Assembly (NCBI GenBank): GCA_963843035.1
Contig: CAWJIS010000002.1
Coordinates: forward strand, 249,243-313,242
Length of the DNA: 64,000 bases
DNA from: an uncultured Gammaproteobacteria bacterium
GTDB taxonomy: Bacteria > Pseudomonadota > Gammaproteobacteria > Steroidobacterales > Steroidobacteraceae
Direction: 5' to 3'
Shown here: piece after piece, positions 42,699-49,446 of the stretch
Numbering within the stretch: position 1 is the stretch's first letter
Layout: every line of letters begins with the position of its first letter
Notes under the pieces: generated by a model
The model's input: only the letters and a program-made list of their open reading frames with translations
The model's database searches: none
Told to the model about the DNA's origin: nothing
Translations under genes and position numbers: made by a program

Positions 42699-44510
42699 TC
42701 AGTGCGCCGACTCGTCGGCCTTGAGCCGGACCTCGGGAAAGTATAGTCCCAGCAAGCGCCGCTCCCACCATTGTCCGCGGGCCTTCGCGCCGGCGTCGCT
42801 ATAGGTGTAGTCGTAGAACCTGGCGCGGATGTAGAGCGGTGGGCTGTCCGGAAAGGGATTCCTGGCGAGGAGCGACGTGACCGCCGGCTCGTTGTGCAGC
42901 AGCCTCTCGAGGAACAGCCAGAACCATCGCAGCCGCTGCGGATCCTCGAGCGCCGCGAACCACATCTGCCAGTCGAGGCGTGGCTGGTGGGGAATGTTCC
43001 AGGGCGGGCGCCGCGACAGATCACCCGGCTTGTAGCGGAATTCGTATTCGCGCCATTCAACCCCGTCGCTCGAGCCCTCGATGACGATCTCGTCGCGTTG
43101 CGTCGTCATGACTGCGAACAGGCCATAGGAGCTCACCAGGTGCAGCGGCTCGATGAGCGCATCGACCGCGCGCGCGGCCGCGGGCGGGCTGCCGCCGAAG
43201 CGCAGGTCCATCTCGATGAGGCTGCAGAACACGAGCAGGCTCGCCACAGCGCCGACCGCGATCCGCCTCACGGCGCGCGGCAGCAGCGCTCGTCCCGGCC
43301 GCGGCATCCAGGCGCGCAGGCGCTGCGGCACGATCCTCGCGACGGCCGCGTCATCGAACAGCGGCAGGCACAACAACATGGTCTGCAGGTTGAACCAGTT
43401 GTAGTTGCCGGTGAGCAGGATGCCACTCTGCAGCAGCAGGAGACCTGCGGCGGCGCAGAAGCGCAGGCGCCGCGGGGTGAAGATGAGGAACGGCAGGCCG
43501 AGCTCGATGGCGAAGGTGCTGCCGGTGGCGAAGGTCAGCACGGCGTGTGGCAGGCGCGCGGCATACCAGGCGAGCGGTGTCGGCAGCGGCTGAGTGAGAA
43601 AGTGGTACGACAGCGCCGACAGGTTCCACCAGTTCGGATCGCCGCTCAGGAGCTTCACCACGCCCGACATGAACATGAAGCGGAACAGCAGCCAGCGCAG
43701 CAGCCAGATTCCCGGGGTGGGAGCGCAGCTCGCGAGCAGCGCGAGGAACCCGGCCTCGAGCAGGAACGTGTCCCACTGGTAGGTCATGAAGGCCTGGCCG
43801 GCGTACAGGAGCGAGAGGTACAAGATATAAAGGAGTAGCAGGCACAGCCGGGGCACGAGATTCAGCGTGAGCAGCACCGCCAGCCCGGCGCCGCCCCAGC
43901 ACACCGTCTGGATGGCGGCATCGCCGGCATTCCACCAGAAGACCATCGGCATGAGGTAGAAACGCTCCCATCCTGCGGCGTGGCGGACCGCATCGAGGAG
44001 CTCGGCGAGCGGCAGGATGCCGTGGCTGCCGATGAGGCCCTGCGCCTGCACGGCGAAGGAGGCGAAGGCCGCGAGGTAGATCAGCCCGAAGAGCCTTACG
44101 AACAGGAAGGAGACGAGCTCGTATCGCGGCGGCCCGTAGTCCCTGCCCCAGAGAAGGAGGCTGATGCGATGAAAGGCCGGTCGGTGCCGGGCGATGAAGG
44201 CGTAAGTCCATTCCGAGAGGGCGGCGAATCCGGGCAGACGGCGGTAGAGCGCCAGCCACAGTCGTTTTCCAGGTGCGTGGCTCAGGGTGAGGAAGCTCGC
44301 CTCGGCCGCGCTCGCACGCCGTCCATCGGGAGCGAGGTACTGAACCGCGCGCTGGAAGTCGGCGAGCGGGATCGCCGGAAACTGCGCCGCGACTTCTTGG
44401 TAAGGCTGGTAGCGGACGCGGTCTCCCGTGAGTTTCTGCCAGTAGCGAGCCCAGTAGCTGCAAAACCCACAGTCGCCGTCGTAGATCAGGAGTGGCGTGC
44501 GAGCGTCCAT
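42699..44510 (-). CDS. Fusion of a DCC-family (DUF393) thiol-disulfide oxidoreductase domain with a lipase-maturation-factor (LMF1-like) polytopic membrane domain
   Basis: ORF 42699..44780; start moved to ATG 44510 (MDARTPLLIYDGDCGFCSYWARYW is the DCC CxxC motif). Then a long hydrophobic domain with LMF-like segments (LIGSHGILPL, FYLMPMVFWWN, YQWDTFLLEAGFLALL, FRYKPGDLSRRPPWNIPHQPRLDWQMWFAAL). Confidence 0.7.
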   Translation of the reverse strand: MDARTPLLIYDGDCGFCSYWARYWQKLTGDRVRYQPYQEVAAQFPAIPLADFQRAVQYLAPDGRRASAAEASFLTLSHAPGKRLWLALYRRLPGFAALSEWTYAFIARHRPAFHRISLLLWGRDYGPPRYELVSFLFVRLFGLIYLAAFASFAVQAQGLIGSHGILPLAELLDAVRHAAGWERFYLMPMVFWWNAGDAAIQTVCWGGAGLAVLLTLNLVPRLCLLLLYILYLSLLYAGQAFMTYQWDTFLLEAGFLALLASCAPTPGIWLLRWLLFRFMFMSGVVKLLSGDPNWWNLSALSYHFLTQPLPTPLAWYAARLPHAVLTFATGSTFAIELGLPFLIFTPRRLRFCAAAGLLLLQSGILLTGNYNWFNLQTMLLCLPLFDDAAVARIVPQRLRAWMPRPGRALLPRAVRRIAVGAVASLLVFCSLIEMDLRFGGSPPAAARAVDALIEPLHLVSSYGLFAVMTTQRDEIVIEGSSDGVEWREYEFRYKPGDLSRRPPWNIPHQPRLDWQMWFAALEDPQRLRWFWLFLERLLHNEPAVTSLLARNPFPDSPPLYIRARFYDYTYSDAGAKARGQWWERRLLGLYFPEVRLKADESAH

Positions 44511-44562
44511 TTGCTTCAGCGCCGCAGGCGGCGTTACTGCGGCCTGCGGTTGGGGCAGCTCC

Positions 44563-45540
44563 TCAGGCGAAGCGGTGACCGAGAATCGCCAGACAGAGCG
44601 TGATGCTGCCGAGCGCGTGAACGCCCAAGGTGAGCTCGATGCTCTTCCTGAGCCGCGGCCGGGCGGCCGATTCCACGCTGATGCCGCGGGCCGCCATGGT
44701 GCCGGCGAGCGCAAGCGCCGCGGCGGGCAGGAGGTACCAGAGCGGCAGCGCGGCGATCGCCACCGCCCCGAGGCTCGCAACGAGCGCGAGCGCGGTCAGG
44801 CCCAGGTAGATGACGCGCGTGCCGACCGGGCCGAGCCGCACGACGAGCGTACGCTTGCCGGCGCGCGCATCCGCGTCACGGTCCGGAACCTCGTTGATCA
44901 GCAGAATGGCCGCCACCCAGGCACCCACCGGGAGCGACACCAGCACTGCCCCGAGATTCACCGGGGCGCCCTGCAGCCACGCCGCACCGAGAACCGGCAG
45001 CGGCCCGAAGCCCACGGCCACCGCCAGCTCGCCGACTCCGCGTGCGGAGAGCTGCACGCCCGGCATCGAGTAAAGGATTCCGAGCGCGAGTCCGGCGAGC
45101 CCGAGCAGCACCACACCTGGGCCGCGCAACAGGGTCAGCACGAAACCGACGACGAGTGCCGCCACCGCCAGCCCGAGCGCAAGACGCGCCATCTCGGCGC
45201 GCGTGAGCAGCCCCGTCTGGATGAAGCGCGATCCGCCCGTGTAAGGGTAGATGCGCTCGCTGTTGCCTTCGTCGGCGCCGATGACGTCATCGCCGACGTC
45301 GTTGTAGACGTTGGTCGCGCCGTGCGCGAGCACCGTGGCTGCGAGGGCGAGCACGAGCAGCAGCCAGTCGACATGCCCGACGGCCGCGGCTGCCCAGGCC
45401 GTGCCGACGAAGACCGGCAGCACCGAGGCGGTATAAAAGGCGGGCCGCGTCGAGAGGAACAGGCGCTTCGCGGCCGCACCGGGCCCGGGTGCGGCGAGTG
45501 CCGGCGAGGGACGGTCGGGGGGATTTGAGGTCGCAGTCAC
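44563..45540 (-). CDS. UbiA-superfamily prenyltransferase, MenA-like
   Basis: ORF 44563..46164; GTG 45540 overlaps the stop of the upstream gene (GTGA). Asp-rich motifs NVYNDVGDD and NEVPDRDADARAGKRTLVV (MenA-type N-x3-D-x3-D...GK-x-TL). Confidence 0.75.
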   Translation of the reverse strand: MTATSNPPDRPSPALAAPGPGAAAKRLFLSTRPAFYTASVLPVFVGTAWAAAAVGHVDWLLLVLALAATVLAHGATNVYNDVGDDVIGADEGNSERIYPYTGGSRFIQTGLLTRAEMARLALGLAVAALVVGFVLTLLRGPGVVLLGLAGLALGILYSMPGVQLSARGVGELAVAVGFGPLPVLGAAWLQGAPVNLGAVLVSLPVGAWVAAILLINEVPDRDADARAGKRTLVVRLGPVGTRVIYLGLTALALVASLGAVAIAALPLWYLLPAAALALAGTMAARGISVESAARPRLRKSIELTLGVHALGSITLCLAILGHRFA

Positions 45541-46265
45541 GGGGTTGGTGAGGTCCGCTCGGGGCTCAGCCCAGCATAGCGCAGTTGGTCGGAGCCGCGC
45601 TTTCCGGGCGCACACCGCTGGGCGACCACGACCTGATAGAGCCCGAGGAACAGCCGCTGCTCCGTCCAGTGGAACAGGTCGGCCCGCTCGGCAAAGCTTG
45701 CGATGGTGCCGCGCCACAGACTCGCCGCATATGGCTCGAGCCAGCGGTTCACGAGCCACATCAGGCCGCGCAGCGGGTGGAACCAGCGCGGACGGGCATA
45801 GTCGACGAACACCGCGCGCCCGCCGGGCTTCAACCGTGCCAGCAGCGCATTGACGGCGCGGCGCTTGTAGGTGTCCGGCATCTCGTGGAGAAGAAAGAAG
45901 CAGCACACGCCGTCGTAGGACTCGCGGCCCGGCGCCGTGGCATCCGCCAGCCTGACGCTGCTGTTCGCGCGCGTGGCGAGCTTCGCGCGCAGGTGCTCGA
46001 CCTGCAGCCGCGAGACGTCGATGACCGTGAGCCGGCCGGCCGGGCCGAGGTGGTCGGCGAGCCTGAGCGGCTGGCTCCCGTAGACGCTGGCAGCCTGTAG
46101 CACGTGCTCGCCCGGGCGGAATTGCGCGCAGGCGGCGCGCACCAGCCGCCCATAGTTGCCCCACAGAATCGCGTTGACGACGAGCTCACGATCGAGCAGG
46201 TGCAGTGATCGCGGGTGCAGGTAGGCCCAGGCGTAGGTCTGCGCGAGGTAGTCGGGTAGAGCCAC
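45537..46265 (-). CDS. rquA: RquA-like class-I methyltransferase-fold protein (candidate rhodoquinone biosynthesis enzyme)
   Basis: 242 aa. N-terminal PDYLAQTYAWAYLHP...VVNAILWGNYGRL. Degenerate SAM motif I VLQAASVYG (46077..46103) in place of VLDxGxGxG. FFLLHEMP and VFVDY segments. From memory this pattern matches RquA rather than UbiE/UbiG. Confidence 0.55.
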   Translation of the reverse strand: MALPDYLAQTYAWAYLHPRSLHLLDRELVVNAILWGNYGRLVRAACAQFRPGEHVLQAASVYGSQPLRLADHLGPAGRLTVIDVSRLQVEHLRAKLATRANSSVRLADATAPGRESYDGVCCFFLLHEMPDTYKRRAVNALLARLKPGGRAVFVDYARPRWFHPLRGLMWLVNRWLEPYAASLWRGTIASFAERADLFHWTEQRLFLGLYQVVVAQRCAPGKRGSDQLRYAGLSPERTSPTP

Positions 46266-46367
46266 CTCCGGATCGACGGCGGCCTCGGCCTGGCGTGGCG
46301 GCCTCCCGGGCTGGGTTGGAGCCGCGAGGCTGTTGGAAGCGTCGATGGCAGGCGACCGGATGGCGCG

Positions 46368-48506
46368 TCAGGGCGGCGGCGGGTTGCCGGCCGCACCGAA
46401 CTGGTAGCGGAAGGTGAGCGCCACCAGGTTCACGTTGTCGGCCCACGGCTGCACGCCGAGCGCCAGCAGGTTCGGGATCGTGCCGGGCCCGACATCGCCC
46501 AGGGCCCAGTCGCTCGAATCGTACTTCTCGTGGATGAAGCGCAGGTGTAGCTGTGCGGCCCGGGTCCACTGGTAGCGCAGGTCGAGCCGGACGCTGTCGA
46601 GGCGGCTCCAGTTCTGCGGGAAGGGCTCGGCAACCCCGCCTGCCTGGGTGTTGAAATCGCCGTACGAGGGCGCGTGGAGGTAGTCGAGGGCGAGCGTCCA
46701 GCGCGTCGCCATCACCCACTGGCCGCCGGCGCCGACGTTCCAGAAATGCTCGGAGTCGCCGACCTGCCAGGGCGCCGTCAGCGCTGCGGTGAACCCGTTC
46801 TGAAGCATGTCCAGCCGCTGATAGCCCCCGTCGATGTAGGCGCTGAAAGTCTCGCGCGGCGTCCAGGTGAGCGTGCTGGAAGCGCGCCGCTCATGCACGC
46901 TCTGCAGGCCGAGCTGCGACAGACGATAGTCATCGTTGGCGAAGAATCCTTCGACCGACCACGCGAGCGTCGCGGTCGCCTGCCACGACCCGGTGAGGGT
47001 AAAGAACTCGCGGTCGCGCGGCGCATAATCGAAGGCCCAGACGAGCGGGTTCTCGGCAGGCGGCAGTGCCGAGACAATGAAACCCGAGGTCTTGCGCGAG
47101 GCGTTGCCGCCCTTGAGCGTGAAGGCCAGTCCGTCGAGCGGCTCGAGCGTCGCGCGCACCCAGTTCTCGGTGTCGCGCGTGTCGCTGACGAGCTCGTCGG
47201 GCCCGAAGTGCGTGTTGAGGTATCTGCCGCCGACGCCGACGCGCAGCCAGCGCTCGAGCGCGTAATCGGCGCTCCCCTCGAGGCGCGTCCGGTCCTCGCT
47301 GTAGCGGGGTGTGGTGAACGCGCCCGCGCTCGGGAAGGTGTCGGTGGCCACATAGGCGAGGGTCAGGGGCGTCGTGTGGTCGTCGCGTCCGTCGTAGGTG
47401 GCATCGCCGCGCAGCGCGAGCTTCGGCAGCGGGTGCGCGGCGAGCCCGAGCGCGTAGTGCGACAGATGCACATCGCCGTCGAGCGCGGACGGCGTCGGGA
47501 CGGTGGCACCCGGCAGGGTGCTGAAGGGCAGAAAGCCCTCATCCTGCTTGAGGCTGCCCACGGATGCGGCGTAGGTGAGGGACGCCCCGAGCCAGTTGAA
47601 CGGCATATTGCCCGCCAGGGCGAACTGCTGCAGGTTGTTGTCCGGCGGCAGCGCGAGCCGCCCCTGGGTCGAGCCGGCGACGAAGGGCAGGTAGGGATTG
47701 GCGAACGTCAGGGAATCGATGTCGTTCTTGAACCAGGAGCCCGTGTAGGTGAGGCGCAGGCTGGCGCGGTGATCGGCCCAGGCCGCCCCGGCCTCGACGG
47801 TATCGGTGACGTAGTCGATCGGCTGCGGTAGCTGCGCGGCCTCGGTGAGGAAGCTGCCGCTGAAGAGACCCGTGCCGTCCTTCTCCTCGTGGCGGAACGC
47901 GGCGTGCAGCGTCCACGCGGAGCTCGCGATGTAGGATCCGAGGAGCGAGGCGGTGCGCCGGTCGTATTCGATGTTCACCGGCGCGAGCGTCGCGCCGAGC
48001 GCGCTCATGCCGGCGGTGCTGCCGGCCGGCACCCAGCTGCCGGGCAGGCTGAGATTACCGCTCCCCGCACCCAGGAAGGGCGTGACGCCGGTATCGTAGA
48101 GCCGTGTTGGTATGTCGTCGTAATCGACCTTGACCTCGAAGCGGCCTTCCCTGCCGACCGAGGCGGTTCCCTGGCGCGAAGCGAGCCCCAGATCCTCGAG
48201 ATCGAAGCTCGCGTTGGTGCCGTCGGCGCCGCGGTACTGCCCGGCGGCCGCGAGATCGGCGTACACGGTGCTGTGGTCGATGCCGGTATAGCGGCCGTAG
48301 CTGAAGTTCGCGCCGTGGGCATCCAGGGCGCCGACCTCGACATCCCCGGTGTAGCCCTCGAAGAAAGGACACTGCTCGCACTTCCACGCGCTGGTATCGG
48401 GTGCGGGGCCATCGGCCCAGGCGGCGCCGGCGGCCGCGAGCAGCGCGACCGCACCCGCGAGGCTCGATCGACGGTGGTGGCCCGAGGCAGGCTTCACGAC
48501 AGGCAT
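46368..48506 (-). CDS. mtrB: MtrB/PioB-family outer-membrane beta-barrel porin of a porin-cytochrome complex
   Basis: 712 aa with a signal peptide. N-terminal CxxC motif WKCEQCPFFEGYTG typical of MtrB. Long alternating beta-strand sequence ending in an aromatic-rich C-terminus. 7 nt downstream of the decahaem gene. Confidence 0.85.
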   Translation of the reverse strand: MPVVKPASGHHRRSSLAGAVALLAAAGAAWADGPAPDTSAWKCEQCPFFEGYTGDVEVGALDAHGANFSYGRYTGIDHSTVYADLAAAGQYRGADGTNASFDLEDLGLASRQGTASVGREGRFEVKVDYDDIPTRLYDTGVTPFLGAGSGNLSLPGSWVPAGSTAGMSALGATLAPVNIEYDRRTASLLGSYIASSAWTLHAAFRHEEKDGTGLFSGSFLTEAAQLPQPIDYVTDTVEAGAAWADHRASLRLTYTGSWFKNDIDSLTFANPYLPFVAGSTQGRLALPPDNNLQQFALAGNMPFNWLGASLTYAASVGSLKQDEGFLPFSTLPGATVPTPSALDGDVHLSHYALGLAAHPLPKLALRGDATYDGRDDHTTPLTLAYVATDTFPSAGAFTTPRYSEDRTRLEGSADYALERWLRVGVGGRYLNTHFGPDELVSDTRDTENWVRATLEPLDGLAFTLKGGNASRKTSGFIVSALPPAENPLVWAFDYAPRDREFFTLTGSWQATATLAWSVEGFFANDDYRLSQLGLQSVHERRASSTLTWTPRETFSAYIDGGYQRLDMLQNGFTAALTAPWQVGDSEHFWNVGAGGQWVMATRWTLALDYLHAPSYGDFNTQAGGVAEPFPQNWSRLDSVRLDLRYQWTRAAQLHLRFIHEKYDSSDWALGDVGPGTIPNLLALGVQPWADNVNLVALTFRYQFGAAGNPPPP

Positions 48507-48513
48507 CCCTTTC

Positions 48514-49443
48514 CTAGCGCATCAGCGCGCGGCCCGACGGATGGTTGGAGCCGTGCACCTGGGTGTGGCAGTTGACGCAGCCGCCGGCGAGCAGATAGGC
48601 GCTCGGCGCCCCGCCGGGCAGGCCTTGCGGGCTGTTGAGGATCGACGGATGCCCGGCGCCTTCGTGGCATTGCTGGCACAGGAACGGCGGCCGCGTCTTG
48701 AGCAGTGCCGGCTGAGCCGAGCCGTGTGCGTCGTGGCAGTTCGAGCAGTCTTCGGCGACCGGCTGATGCTCCCAGAGGAACGGTCCGCGGTATTCGGCAT
48801 GACAGCTGGTGCAGGTCTCGGTCACCGTGTTGGCGACCAGCTGGAACGGTCCCGGCGAGCCGTGCGGCGCATGGCAGGACGCGCAGGCCATCTTCCCCTC
48901 GCGCAGCGGATGATGCGAGGGCTTGAAGAGGTCGGTGTGCTCGGCCTGGTGGCAGCTCGTGCACACCTCGATCTGCGTCGCCGCGGTGAGCACCGGGTCG
49001 TGGGCCGCGTGCAGGGTGTGACAGGCCGCGCACGGCACCTCGCTCGCGGCATGCTGGCTCGTGGCCCACTCGTGTGCGGCGTTGGACTGATGACAGCCGA
49101 GGCACTGCGCATTCTGCCGCGCGGCCGGGGCGAGCGCGTGCGCGCCGAAATCCACGATGCCCGCCGGCTGCTTGCCGCGCGCCCGTACGTGCGCGCCGCC
49201 AGGTCCGTGGCAGGCCTCGCACTGCAGCCCCCCATGGCCGAAGGGGCCGCGGTCGTCCCTGGGACGGGCGTGCTTGGTCTTGAAGAGGCCGAGGAGCGCG
49301 GGATCGTCATGACAGCCGAGGCAGCTGTCGGCGCCTTTGGCGCTGTAGGCGGGAGCACTGTCCTCATTGGCGGCGAGCGCCTGGGTCATCGCGCCCGAGA
49401 GCAGCGCGATGACCAGGGCGGCCCTGGCCGCGGACAGCCGCAT
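48514..49443 (-). CDS. mtrA: MtrA/DmsE/PioA-family periplasmic decahaem c-type cytochrome
   Basis: 309 aa with a signal peptide. Ten CxxCH motifs: CLGCH, CEACH, CLGCH, CAACH, CTSCH, CASCH, CTSCH, CSNCH, CQQCH, CVNCH. Confidence 0.9.
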   Translation of the reverse strand: MRLSAARAALVIALLSGAMTQALAANEDSAPAYSAKGADSCLGCHDDPALLGLFKTKHARPRDDRGPFGHGGLQCEACHGPGGAHVRARGKQPAGIVDFGAHALAPAARQNAQCLGCHQSNAAHEWATSQHAASEVPCAACHTLHAAHDPVLTAATQIEVCTSCHQAEHTDLFKPSHHPLREGKMACASCHAPHGSPGPFQLVANTVTETCTSCHAEYRGPFLWEHQPVAEDCSNCHDAHGSAQPALLKTRPPFLCQQCHEGAGHPSILNSPQGLPGGAPSAYLLAGGCVNCHTQVHGSNHPSGRALMR

Positions 49444-49446
49444 CGC

